Shown in pieces: positions 38,122 through 51,700 of a DNA stretch of 64,000 nucleotides. This stretch comes from Camelus ferus. Taxonomy: Eukaryota. The stretch is from positions 89,716,001 through 89,780,000 of the forward strand of contig NC_045697.1 of assembly GCF_009834535.1 (NCBI RefSeq), written 5' to 3'. A program made the translations under genes and the position numbers. The notes under the pieces are model-generated. The model did not search any database, was not told where the DNA came from, and was given only the letters and a program-made list of their open reading frames with translations. Position 1 is the stretch's first letter. Each line of letters opens with the position of its first letter.

Positions 38122-41100
38122 ATGATACTAGTAAGTCCTTACCTATCAAAAATTACTGTAAATGTTAATGGATTGAATTCTCCCATCAAAAGGTATAGAG
38201 TGGCTGGATGGATTTAAAAAAAGAAGACCCAAATGTATGCTGCCTACAAGATATACTACAGCTTTAAGTTTCATACATAGGCTCACAGTGAAAGGATGAC
38301 AAAATACATTCCATGCAAGTAGAAACCAGAAGAGAGCAAAGGTAACTATACTTGTATCAGATAATATAGACTTTAAGCCGCAACGACAAGATAAATAAAA
38401 GGGTCATTATAAAATGATAAGGGGGTCAATTTATCAAGATATAACAATGATAAATATATATGTACCCTACATTTAACAGATCTGAAAGGAGATCTGTACA
38501 ATAATACAATAATTGTAGGGGATTTCAGTATTCCACTTTCAACCATGGATAGATCATCCAGACAAAATAAAAAAGGAAACATTGGATTTGAACCATATTT
38601 TAGACCAAATGTAAATACCATACATATACAGAACATTCCATCCAACAGCAGCAGAATACACATTCTTCTCAACTGCATACAAAACATTCTCCAGGATAGA
38701 TCACATGACAGTTTACAGAGTAAGTCTTAGCAGATCCTAGAGAACTGAAATCATACCAAGTATCTTTTCTGACCACAATGGTATGAAAGTAGAAATCACT
38801 AATACAACAAAGGCTCAAATATCTACAAATAGTGGAGATTAAACAACATCCTGGACAACCAATGAGCCAAAGAAGAAATCAAAAGGGAGTCAAGAAATAC
38901 CTTGAAACAAATGAAAATGGAAGCACAACATATATCAACATATAGGACACCACAAAGCAGTTCTAAGAGGAAAGTTTTTAGCGATAAACATCTACATTAA
39001 GAAACAAGTGAGAACTCAAATAAATGACCTTACTTTATATCTCAAGGAACTAGAAAAGAACAAACTAAGCCCAAAGTTAGAAGTAAGGAAATAACAAAGA
39101 TCAGAGCAGAAACAAAAGAAATAGAGATCAGAAAAACAATAAAAAGGATAAATGAAACTAAGACCTGGTTTTTTGAAAAGAAAAAGTTGACAAATACATT
39201 ACTAGACTAAAATAGAGAATACTCAAATCATAAAATCAGAAACAAAAGAGGAGACATTACAACTGATGCCCACATACAAAGGATCATGAGAGACTACTAC
39301 ACACAATTATATACCAATAAGTTGGATATCTGAGAAATGGATACATTCCTAGAGATATACAACCTACCAACACTGAATCATGAAGAAATAGAAAGCATAA
39401 TCAGATCAGTAACAAGTAAGGAGATTGGGTCAGTAATCAAAAAAGCTCCCAACACAGAAAAACTCAAGACCAGATGAGTTCACCTGTGAATTCTATCAAA
39501 CATTTTAAGAATTAATGCCAATCCTTCTCAAACTCTTCCAAAAAACTGAAGAAGAGGGGATATTCCCAAACTCATTTTACAAGGCTAATCTTGCCCTGAT
39601 ATCAAAGCCAGATAAAGGTACTACAAAAAAAGAAAATTACAAAACAGTGTCCCTAATAAATATAGACATAAAAATTCTCAACAAAATATTAGCAAACCAA
39701 ATTCAACAGCACATTACAGGGATCATTCACCACCATCAAATGGGATTTGTCCCTGGGAGGCAAGGATGTTTTGGTATAAGCAGATCAATAACTGTGATAT
39801 AACACATTAATGGAATTAAAAGATTTTAAAAATCATATGTGCATCTCAATAGAAGCAGAAGAAAACATCTGATAAAATGCAATGTCCTTTTATGATAAAA
39901 AGAAAGTTCTACAAACTGAATATAGAAGGCACATATCTTAACACAATAAAGGTCATATATGACAAACTCAGTCAAAAATCATACTCAATGGTGAAAGATT
40001 GAAAGTTTTTTCTCTGAGATCAGAAATAAGACAAGAATATTGACTCTTGCCACCCCTATAAAACACTGCACTGGATATCCTAGTCAGAACAATAAGGCAG
40101 GAAAAAGAAAGACATCCAAATAAGAAAGAAAGAAGTAAAACTGTCTTTGTTTGAAGGTGATATGATCTTATATAGAGCAAATTAAAGACTCTACTAAAAA
40201 TTGCTAGAGCAAATCAAATTCAGTAAAGTTTCAGGATACAAACCAACATAGAGAAAACAGTTGAGTTTCTACACACTAATGACAAAATATCTGAAAAAGA
40301 CATTAAGAAAACTATCCCATTCATAGTAGTACCAAAAATAATAAAATACTTAATAATAAATTTAACCAAGGTGAAAAATCTATATACTACAATACTTTCA
40401 TAAAAGACACTGAAGAAGATACAAATGAATGGAAAGACATCCCATGTTCATGGTTAGGAAAAGTTAATATTGTTAAAATGTCCATGTTACCCAATGCCAT
40501 CTATAGATGCAATCTTGACCAAAATTCCAAAGGTGTTTTCCAGGGATGGAGACAATAATCCTAAAGTTTATAATGGGAGCTACAAAAGACCCTGAATAGC
40601 CACAGCAATCCTGAGAAAGAATAACAAAGCCAAAGTCATCACACTTTCTGATTTCAAGCTCCATTACAAAGCTATAATATCCGTAACAGTATAGTAATGG
40701 TGTAAAAATAGACACACAGACTAATGTAACAGAAAGAAGAGCATAGAAATAAACCCTACATATATGTTCACCTAATATTTGACTAGGGAGCCAAAAATAC
40801 TCAATTGAGAAAGGAAAGTCCTTTCAGCGAATGGTGCTGGAAAAACTAGATAGCCACATGAAGAATGAAATTGGAAACCTCTTACATCACTCACAAAAAT
40901 GAACTTGAAATGTATAAAAGACTTAAAGACCTGAAGCCATAAAACTCCTAGAAGAAAATATAAGGAGAAAGCTCCTTGACGTTAGTCTTGGCAGTGATTT
41001 CCTGGATAAGACACCAAAAGCACAAATAATAAAAACAAAAAAAGTGGGACCACATCAAACTAAAAAGCTTCTGCACAGCAAAAGAAACAAACAAACTAAA

Positions 41101-41870
41101 ATATCCCCTTTTTAAGGGATGGGATGAGAGAAAATATTTGCAAACCATACATCCAGTAAGAGCTTAGTGTCCAAAACATGTAAAAAGTTCATACAACTCA
41201 ACAGCAAAATAAATAATCAATCTGATTTTAAAACGGGCAAAGGAAATAAATACACAATTTTCCAAAGAAGACACACACAAATGGCCAACAGGTACGCGAA
41301 AAGGTGCTCAACATCACTAATCATCAGAGAAATGCAAATCAAAACCACAATGAGATGTCATCTCACACCTGTTAGAATGGCTATCATCAAAATACAAGAC
41401 ATAACAAAGGTTGGTGACAGTGTGAAGAAAAGGCAGCCCTTGTGCACTTATTGATAGGAATTTAAGTTGGTATAGCTACTGTAGGAAACAGTATGAAGTT
41501 TCCCCCCCAAAATAAAAAATAGAAGTATCAAATGATGCAGGAATCCCACTTCTGGCTAAATATCCAAAGAAACTGAAATCAGGATCTTTACAGACATATC
41601 CACACTCCCACATTCACTGCAGCATTATTCACAATAGGCAAGATATGAAAACAACACAAGGGTCTGTCCATGGCTAAATGCATAAATATGTGATATAAAT
41701 ATATGTAAATAATAAAATATATTTATTTATGTATCTATGTATACAATGGAATATTATTCAGCTGTGAGAAAGAAGGACATACTGCCCATTTGCCAACAAC
41801 TTGGATGAAGCCTGAAAACATTTGCTAAGTGAAGTCAGTCAGAGAAACACAAATGCTGTATGATATTACT
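38122..41870 (+). pseudogene. L1 ORF2 remnant (endonuclease, reverse transcriptase, C-terminal), disrupted
   Basis: Starts MILVSPYLSKITVNVNGLNSPIKR; RT catalytic motif decayed to LSLFEGDMILY (40141-40173; normally FADD); many stops and frameshifts. Confidence 0.92.
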
Positions 41871-44439
41871 TCTATGGACACTAAAAATATGAACTCAGAG
41901 AAACAAGAGTAGATAGGTGGTTACCAGGGGTTGGGGAGTGGGGGAAATGGGGAGCTATTGGTCAAAGGGTATAAAACCCCCACTGTAAGATTAACAAATT
42001 CCAGGGATTACAGCTAATAATACTGCATTATACACTTGAGAGTAGATCGTAACTATCATGACCACATAGAATTAATGGTAATTGTATGTCATGATGGAAT
42101 GTCTGCTAATGCTATGCTGGTAACCAGTCTGCAATATATAAATGCATCAAATCAACCTACTGCACACCTTAAACTTAGGACTTATGTTTTATGTCAATGT
42201 ATGTCAATAAAGTTGAATTTTTGCCTTCAAAGTATTTAGAGTTTAGGTCAAGGTAGTTTCCTCAAAGAAAAAAAAAAGAAAAAAGAAATGGTTACCCTAA
42301 AGAACTTACAGATGTTAACAGTCAGTATGATTTCAGAATTCCTCACAGCTAATTTTATTAAAACAGAAATGTAGTCTGATATCAGTCCGTACTAAATAGA
42401 ATGCCTGATTCTGTACTGCTAAAATAGTGTTCTAAGAAGCTCTGCTACCTTCTGGAACTATAAAAATTAAAGCAACATTCTTAAAGGGTAAGAAAATCTT
42501 TTGTTTGCACAAACAAAAAAAAAAAGCAAACAAATGAGAATGGTCTAAAATTGCTTTAGCATAATTCCAGAAGTGAAATGACATTCAGGCCCCTATGTAG
42601 AATTAAGTATGAAATTATATCATATAGGAGGTTAAGCAGAATACCAGTAGATTCAAAGTTTCTGGCATGGATTAAAACTTTTAAATTGAAGAAAATTTTT
42701 AATTTGTCTACCTTAGAATTATTGAATAATTTCAATAACCGTCATTAGCTGAAAGGCATATATATGTATATATGTGATATATAATATGTGTTTCATATAT
42801 CCTATTTCTGGTCTTTCTCAAAAGAAGCCTCAGAAAATCCTACAATAGTGTTGATAATCTATGAAGCAATTACATGGATTTTTATTTGTTGTTGTTTCCA
42901 AGATACAAAGTGACAAGTCTCTTGATTGAGAAGATACCTAGTACATCTCTAGGTAACTATGTTCAGATGTGCATGAAAAGCCCTGTCTTAGAAAAGGATT
43001 CCAAGTGGTATGACAACAAAAAAAATCCAGAAATAAAAACAGGCAAAGCTTCTAATAGGTTTTGAAATCCAATGATAGAATTTGCATTGACTGTAACCAC
43101 TATCCAGTCATTTTAAACACACATCCTCACAACCTTATCTCTAATGGCAACCTGCACATTTTTGCCTATTACATCATTCTGCAGTTACGTTCTATGTCTG
43201 GATTCACTAAAAGAGATGCCTGAATTTACCTTTGAAGTTAGCAAATGTCCTGGGCCTTAAAGATTATTCGTTGAAATGTGGCAAAAGTCTGGAATATTTA
43301 TATATTTGAGTATTATCAGATATTTAACCATCCCAACCCCCTCTTGTTTTGTGGTCTCAAATGTAATTTCTGGTATTTTGCCATGCACATCACTAGCTAC
43401 TAGAAATCTGATTTTTTTTTTTTAATCTCTCCTACACCTCAGCACTTGGTTTGCTTGCTATCCAGAGGCTGACTGATCTCCACATGTTAACTGATAGAAT
43501 GACTCCCCCTCTCAGGAAGAAGAATTAAATTCAGGAAGTTAGGACTGACAAGGGGATGGAGCAAAGCATTTCTGGTAGCCAATACTCTTTTTACCAGGAA
43601 AATCTTCAGGCATGTCTCAAATGGTATGTGTGTGTGTGGGAAAAAAGTTATTTTGTGCAATGTTTAGTTTGCACATAGACAAAGAAATATAATTTCAAAG
43701 AAATGAAGGAAATGTTTCAGAATTTCACAAATATTTTGAGTTTGAACACTTCTAATACACTCTAAAGACAAAATTTAGTTGAACTGGACTTAATCTATGC
43801 ACATTTCAAGTCATAAAAAAAAAACTGAAAACTACTAGTTTCATATTAAACTATGAAAATAAACCTACATTGATGAAACACTTAACTAAGTTTGGACCAA
43901 GTTTGATGAAAGCTTTCCAAACATTTGCGAAACTTTTTACAATCTTCCTTACATGTGGGATTGGTAGTAAAACCCAATACCAAAGGCAGCTTTTCAAATA
44001 AATTTCAAAAATAAGACGGCCTGTCAGTGTTCCATTTGAATCATTAACTGTACATAGTCCCTTCCCATATTTACCAATAGCTTCCTCACACGCTGTGGTT
44101 ACTCCATCATTTCCTACAGCTAAGTGAATTCTCACCCCGATATACCTATCTGCCTATTGCAAAATACTTGGAGTTTCCTGGAAATTAATTTGTAAGAATC
44201 AAAGTAGATCAAGGACATTTTTTGCCTGTTGCTAACATCCCATTTTTATTCACACATGATTATTTTCTCCAGGTATTGCAATAGAAAAAAAAAAAAAACC
44301 TTAGTCAGAAAACCTGTCTACTATAATAAACTATTTACAAATAAGTTACTACAAATAATTTTGTGACATGGAAAGAGTCAAATAGGAGTCTCAGGTTTTC
44401 AATGTTATGTTTGTAAACAGAAAGAGATCAACAAGGACT

Positions 44440-44640
44440 CAGGGATGCAAAACAGGTTTCATTTCCAGTAGCAACTTTGATCATTTGGTTGTGGTTGTCT
44501 GGGGCACTGGTGTGAGAGAAATTCTGAGAACAAAATGCATCTGGGCTCAGGAACAGATTCTCAAGGCTCACTGTGGATGAGTGGCACGGATACGGGCTTG
44601 CAGTACATGCGGCAATGGTGCCATGTAGCTGCCATCTCTG
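44440..44640 (+). mobile_element. MER117-like hAT-Charlie MITE
   Basis: Imperfect terminal inverted repeats cagggatgcaaa...tgccatctctg; internal aggtttcat...caactttgatcatttggttgtggttgtctgg...attctgag...ctgggctcagg; ~200 bp. Confidence 0.7.
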
Positions 44641-45269
44641 CCCATGATAACGTGTAAGGTTGTTCCCAACTCTAATAGCCTATTCACTAATTCCTCACCC
44701 CTACATTATTTCTGTCACCCGAGGAAATAAGTCTATTCTTATTTGCACAGCTGGGGGAATTGCCGTCAAAGTATATTTTGAAAGTTACAAAGTACCCCTT
44801 GTACCCCTTCTTAAATGGACTTTTAGTGATAATGTTTATACTCAAATGGAAGAGTGAACTGGTTATAAAAAATAAAATAACAGAGGAATCAAAGGCTTTG
44901 CCAGTACATGTGCTCAGATATTACTTCCAATTTCCACAATAAAAGATCAGTTTCTTCCATAACAATTTAAACATGGCCCTGCTAACTAAAACTACTTTCA
45001 TCTTGCTATAGCAGGTAGCTTCACCCAAGCAAGGAGGGTGAGATAAATATACTGAAAACTAACTTATTGTAAAAAAAAAAAAAAACTGCTGCATCCTTTA
45101 CTAACATCTTAATCTAGGCTAATTTGTAAATATTTATTAAAGGAAAATCCATTTTGACAGACTTCTAATTATTTGGAATTCTCAGACTCCACTTCAAAAA
45201 AGACTGATACAAGGAGCAAACATTTATTCCATGAGAATAATATGAATCCTAACATTAATTCTGATACAA

Positions 45270-45730
45270 ATAGTAACACTTGTAAGAGCTCCTGTCATTT
45301 ACTTTGTGCCATGTATGAAATCACTTAATCCTCACAATAGCCTTAATATGTTTTATTATCATAATTTGAGAGGAAGGGTGAGTAAAATTCTCAGGTCATT
45401 CAGCTGGTTGAGCTCATGATTTCAACATAGGAATCTGACCGTAAGATGTATTTATTTGGAAAGAAACTGCAAAGTCACAGCAAAAGGAAGGTATTGTATT
45501 TATAATCTGACATGATATTTACCAGATGAGTCTATTTGTATCTAAGACATTTATCAGATTAGGATTGGAATAAAAATAAAAAATCACCGAACTTGTGGAT
45601 CTTGGTCTATTTCTTCATTCAACCAAATGTTTTGAGGGCCTTACATGTGCTAAACACCAGTAAGGTGCTACAAATACAATCATGGGAAAAGATGCAAGAC
45701 TCCTCATTGCACAGAACCCAAAGTCTAGTC
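45270..45730 (-). mobile_element. MIR and L2 3' fragments
   Basis: cacttaatcctcacaatagcc; ttcattcaaccaaatgttttgagggcctta-catgtgctaaacac. Confidence 0.55.
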
Positions 45731-48700
45731 TACTTCTAGACGTAGCTATTAAATTGAGATTTGTGCAAAGCAAATAATGTTATAATAACTATAATATGGT
45801 GAGGTATGGTGAAGCAAACTAATACAGAGTAAATTATATACACAGTCACACTTAAACCACACAATTAGAGTGCAATGACCTTATATCAGTGGAGAACACA
45901 ACACACAAACCTCACAAGAGCTTAGACTGCACAGCTGACTGTTTAATTGTAACAGACGTCAGGATCTGAGAAAGAAGCGACTGGGGTTCAAGTTAAGAAA
46001 GGATAAATTAAAGGCAACCCAGGACACAGACAGCCGATGAACACACTAGGCTGTTTGCTGACCTCGGTCAATGCTGAGCAACATTCTTCTTGCAAGGCTA
46101 AGACTCTTAACAGAGTTGCTGAGTTCTTAATCTTTCACTCCATTAAACTGTTGTAAACAGTAACAGTAAAACTAGTTCATTGCAATCCCTGGTTTACTTG
46201 GCTCTCCAAAACCATCTTTAGGTAAGGAGTTTCCTATATGTATATAATTCAATCACGAATAGCAGTTACTGGGACTAAGAATACGGGGTTTCTGCTCCTG
46301 CAGCTTAAGAAACATGGTTTGGAGAGCATTAAGCAGGCATTCCTATATCGGAGTTTTTGCAACTTCAGTTATAATATTGTGGTATTACTAACACTTTACA
46401 AGTATTTACTTTATCAGCATCACTCATATTAAAGTATAAATGTTCATGTAATTTTCCAATGTAAATCCTCACAGTTTTCACTAACGAATATATTTTTACA
46501 GTTAGGCCCTAAAATGGTGCTTTTTTGGTGCAAACATGCTTCAGTGTCTCTCTCTCTCTTTGAAATATAATTTGAGTAGAAAAAAAAAATATATATATAA
46601 AGCAAGTATTAGAAACAGGTGATTTTTTCTGATACGCACTGATTGTACCATCAATTAGTTTCCTTTTTTTAGCTCTTCCATAATCACTCATGATGTGTCA
46701 TTCATGGCACAGTGTTCCTCTGCTAGTTTCAGTGACCCAAAGCTAACCTTTCCTAAAGAAGCTTAGAGAACTCTGTTTTTCCCTTAGGGAAAATTGGAGG
46801 TTAGCTAAGAGTTTGCTTTGGTAGAAAGGGTTAACATTCCGCTAGCTAAATCTCCTGAGGGATTACATAACTCAAAACAAAGGAAGTTAAATGTTCAGTT
46901 TACCAAAGCGTGCAGAAAGACAGAAAAGGCATCTGTCCAGAAAGAACCCATCCCCATGATCATAATCTGCTTTCTCGCTGTTGGCTGGTGCACCGAGCGC
47001 CTTGCTGTAGCCTTTAACCTGCTGAGGCTGAGGAACAGCCTTGCTGAGAACCCAGACAGCACAAATAAAACTTGAAAGCTGGCTGAGACAGACAGTGTAA
47101 ATCTCCACTATAGCCCACCAAGATGACACCACCCCGTCTGCCAAGTCTCAGAATCCCAAGCAGACCTAGAAGATGAGTAGAAATATAAATCGAAGCTCCT
47201 TCATGCTTAAGCACTTTCCTTTATGGTTCTTGTCCCCACAGATGGATTAAATTTTTACTACTGGGGAAGAACATTCTTTCTTAGAAACATACTCATGTAA
47301 CAAAGTTCAAGTTCCATCTCGCTTTCATTTGCTTTTGGGCTCTCTAATATCCACTGCCCTCTAAATGGGAACATAGCAGACTTGTTCACTTGGGTAAGTT
47401 TGGGTTCCAGGAACACCAGGGGGCTCTTTGGCCTCATGTTTACATTTGAGGTCAAAGCTATGGAAAGCCTGTCACACAGCTTCTTCCTGAACATGTTGGC
47501 TCATTTATTTCAAGGGTTCCATATTCCCTGGGAAGTTGTTCTTTCCAAAGTCAATTTTAAGGTTAAGCAAATATTAGTGCATCTAGCAGTATGTCCCATG
47601 TGCTTCCTTCTTTGATTTCTTTTACATACAAAATCCTAAGACAGTGTCATGAGTTCTTTAGAGAAAAGTTACTCCGCACTTCTAACAAGCCAATTTTCCT
47701 TTTAGATGTATTTGTCCACGTGCCAAGGTGAATATAGCTTAAAGATGCATTCCGAAAACTGTAATTGATGAGACCATAATCCTAGATTTGTTGTTCCTCT
47801 AGAAACTACTAATGTAAAAACTGGAAGCTCTACCTCTCTCATTTTTTTTATGACACACACACACACACAGATTGTAACTGTTCATGAAAACAGAAGATTA
47901 CGGAAATCTTTCTGTCCATCTTCAATTTCATCAGAAACTTTATGATACTTCATTCCATGAACATGGGCTTGTCTGACCTCTAACCTGTATCTGGGGCAAC
48001 TAGACCCAGTTCTTTTCAGTTTACAATAATAGGTAGATTATTACACTTGACAAAAAGGAGTTTTCTTTACTAAAAACTAGGTATGTTATATTTTGAAATA
48101 TTGCCATAAGATTGTTGTATCTTAAAATTAAGTTTTCTGAATAAATGAATCGATAGTTTCATATCTCTATTCATTAATTCTCTGAAATAATACTCTGAAT
48201 AGTACTTAGTAACTTTAAATCATGAAGAATGCAGCTTACCACAGTGCAGACTTCACTTCAATGTCAATAACTTTTAGACTAGAAGATTATATCTACTATC
48301 TATAGACAGATAAATAGATACACATACAAAGATATAGAATATATTTCTGTAGTGTATATATCTACATGCATGTATATACATATTAGAAAGGCACACATCT
48401 ATATAATTATAGTTTATGCTTTAATAAATGCATGTACACCATGAGATGAATTTATGCTAATTACCTTAGTACAAAATATTTTCCAATTATGTATTCTGAC
48501 ACACACACACAACACTGTGTTCAAAATTAAAGTATTTTTAATAGTTAAAGTCAGACAGCCTAGGTTCAGGTCTTCATACTGCTATTTATCCATTTCCCTT
48601 GGCATTCCTGAGTCTCATGTACTAGTGACATATTTTGAAATGTCACTGTTATCTCTTTAGATTAAAAAGGCATCTGCCCCACATGTTTGCTGAAGGCCCC

Positions 48701-51519
48701 AAATTAGGTAATAATTTGGAAAGGAATTAGTAAGCTCTCAAGCTCAAAATGACCTTAAGTAATTTAATTACTCATATACAATGTTTAGCGAATCTATTTC
48801 ATATTGTATTTTTAAATCATATTTACTTACATTTTTCCTTGTCATTTTTCTCTGACAGCAATTTCTAAAGCATTGAAACAGTTGTGAAGCAACCCTTTTG
48901 CGCATGTTTTTATAGTCAAAATGTTAGCTTCACCATATGATATACAAAGGGATAAAATTCAGTTGCTAAGACTAATACATAAATGTATGTTTTTTTTTAA
49001 GATCTTGAAGGAAAATGAAACAAACGATAGAAGCAGCTTACTGATCCACTGACTCAATTATTTTTACAGAACTCTGCAGAAGGGACTGTTTTAGAGGCCT
49101 CATGAGCTTTACCACCGAACAGGCAGTGTGTTTCTTAGGTAAATCCATTCTTGTGACTATTGGTCTCTAAGTTTCCCCAAAAGTCAAAGAGTAGAAGACA
49201 GGCCTGGGCAGTCTGGAAGGTGGAATTGCTTACAGAATTCATACTAGTACAGGAGTGTGGGGTACAGAATCAAGCCAGACTTTGGATATATTACATGAAC
49301 TAATACAAAGAAAATTCCTCTGCTACTGGTAGCAGTAAACCAGGATGCAGAGCTCCTTACATTTTTCTCCAGTATTCCCCAGGCCACTCCATGTTTTCAC
49401 CATTTCCTCTTGCAGCGAGCGCTGCTGTACTATGCCTCAGCATAAACGGTAGAATCAAACTGATTAATTTGTTTACCTTTCCTCAAGTTTTCTCCCAAGT
49501 CAATGACTCAGTGTCCTGCGCACAATGCCCAATCAATCACGTCTCTCCCTGTTTCTGTGGCATGACAAAATATTAAATGTTAAAACTGTTACACGAGTGC
49601 AGTGTTGTTTTGAGATATTACGAGACTGTTAAGTGAGGAAAGTCAAATTTACGACTCCTTCAGTAAGCACAAGCTGGCTGCGTTCAGACAACCCATAGGT
49701 ACCGGAACAGTTTCTGTACAAAGAGGCTTCAGAGACTCACGTTTTCATGCTTCGGAAAATGCCAGAACAAACCTCTGTGCTCGGATAGTAGCCATGAGTT
49801 TTGTTTGTTTTAAGCATCATCATCAACAAAATATTCTCTCTCTCAGACATTTGGAATGTGATTCACTGTCGATGCAAGCTCAAGGTGGAGGGCTATTATG
49901 ATGAAAGGAGCCTCTTATTGGTATTAGGTCATCTCATCTGGGGTGGTGATTAGTGTGCTAACCCAGAGCTGTCATTGCTGAACAAATCTCAAAAACAGAG
50001 AGCCTACACAAGGGCCTTGCTTATGAGGAACTGTTACTCACTTGTGTTCCGGTCATGGATTTATAGACTCACAAGTGTCTGCGAGAGAACAATTTTTGAT
50101 GAGATACACAGAATAAATGATTTCTCAGATTCCTTCCCTCCTCCTCAAATCAGTTGATTATTTAGGGGGATTGCATCCTGTATGGAGCCTATCTCAACAC
50201 TTCTTATTTTCAGGGCTGCTCGTTGGAGACAATGCTCACCTGCCCTGTGGTACATCATGCTTTCCAGACTGGCAGCTGTGAAGGGCTAGTGTTCTGGTTA
50301 GGCTCACCGCAATGTCTCTTGTCACTATGAGCAGTGACCTTATCACTCAGAGTCAGCAGATGAAGAGATTCTCATGGATTTGTGAAGCCTTTCCAAGCCT
50401 TCCTGATGTATCCCTGACCTTTTTCAGTCCTATGCTCACACTCTTCATCTCTGTTTAGTGCCCTGCTCTAACAAAACATGTCTTCATGAAAAGATCTGGT
50501 TAACTCATCACACTGTGATTTACAAAGCTTAGTGCATTGTCTTTCCCAGGTGCATCTGAATTTTAACCCCTGACAAGGAGCCTTAAATCAGAGGACTGAC
50601 CCTGTAATTAACTTTAATAATTTATGATCTCTGTGAGCAGGTGAGAGATGAATCTAGGAGTTAGGGGGTGGGTTTCTTTTCACCCTTGAAACTATGTATT
50701 AGATGCTTACTCCACCTCTGGAAATAATGACCACTTAGGCATCAAATCCTTCACACTTCTACCTCCTCATGGAAACATAGAAATCTTTTATAGGATCTCA
50801 TAAGAGGTGATGATGGGGATGAATAATTTTTCTATAATGGTTAAGTCAGAGTGAACAGAAGGGCTACCTCCCAAATTTGAATATGTGCCGAAAGCCTCCG
50901 AGTCTTACATTTCACACGCTTCACCTCCCAAAGTCCTAGATGTCGATGCTCCTTATTCTCCAATTTCCCTAATAAGAAATAGAAAGTCTTAAAACTAGAG
51001 GTGAATATCTTGGTATCCATTCCCAGGGAGGCTCCCTGCTGGATCTGTTTTCTGCTTGGTTGACGAAGTAGAATAACACAGAAGGGGATCCCTTTAAATT
51101 GGATGTTGTAGAGAGTTACAGAGTCTAAGTATTAATTTGTTGTCTTTCCAACATTTCGGTCTTGGAGACACCTGAATAAAGAGACGACGGAGGCATCACC
51201 ACAAGTTGAAGACCGCTGTGACCCTATTTATACATTTTCTGAGATGGTGCTTCTGTGGGCTGGACAGTTTAGAGCTATAAGAAGCAACAGTATTTTCTGT
51301 GGCAAAAAGCAATGAAATGGGGCCTCACATCATCGAAGTGCCCACGGGGACCTACTACAAGGCCATTTTTGCCTGCAGACTTCATTCTACAGGCAGAAGT
51401 GGAATCTGATATCTACAGAAGGAAGCTGAGCTGTCTCATCAGGAGATGCCTGGTATTCTCAGCACAGGGATGTTCTCCAGGGCAGGGACTTCTGACTCAA
51501 CAGCACTCTGATCTCAAAT

Positions 51520-51700
51520 AAGCTATGTTAAATCAGTCATCACCATTCATTGGTTCTATGGCCATGGGTTAGCTATGTAAAAGTCCAGAGACAGCTTCCT
51601 CCACCTCAAAATGGGGATAACAGCAAAATAATTAATAGTGAGAATTAAATGAGGTAATATTTGGAAATCTCCTGATACACTTTAAAGGTTTAACACCATT
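51520..51700 (+). mobile_element. MIR
   Basis: cagcttcctccacctcaaaatggggataa...gtgagaattaaatgaggtaat. Confidence 0.7.

Larger units (their letters stand above)
35960..42215 (+). mobile_element. Near-full-length inactive LINE-1 (L1MA9-like 3' end): GC-rich 5'UTR, partial ORF1, ORF2, 3'UTR
   Basis: GC-rich 5'UTR to ~37104; ORF1 C-half; ORF2 from ~38122; peptides [34 protein letters not shown] and [34 protein letters not shown]; 3'UTR ends caataaagttg. Confidence 0.96.

Noticed and set aside
39515..41454. ORFs with reverse-transcriptase-like peptides
   Set aside because: Fragments of dead L1 ORF2 (catalytic FADD decayed to FEGD); not a functional or novel RT system.
35940..42220. Possible TSD of the long L1 (aaagttaatctcttg / aaagttgaatttttg)
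   Set aside because: The match is weak and overlaps the L1's own 3' terminal motif.
43900..44020. Faint hAT dimerisation-domain-like peptides (SFPNI / AKLFTIFLT / GSFS) and the 94-aa minus ORF
   Set aside because: Needs several frameshifts and no TIRs are visible; not supportable without an HMM search.
49890..49985. Box C (ATGATGA) and box D (CTGA) at snoRNA-like spacing
   Set aside because: No terminal stem and no recognisable rRNA guide; expected by chance.
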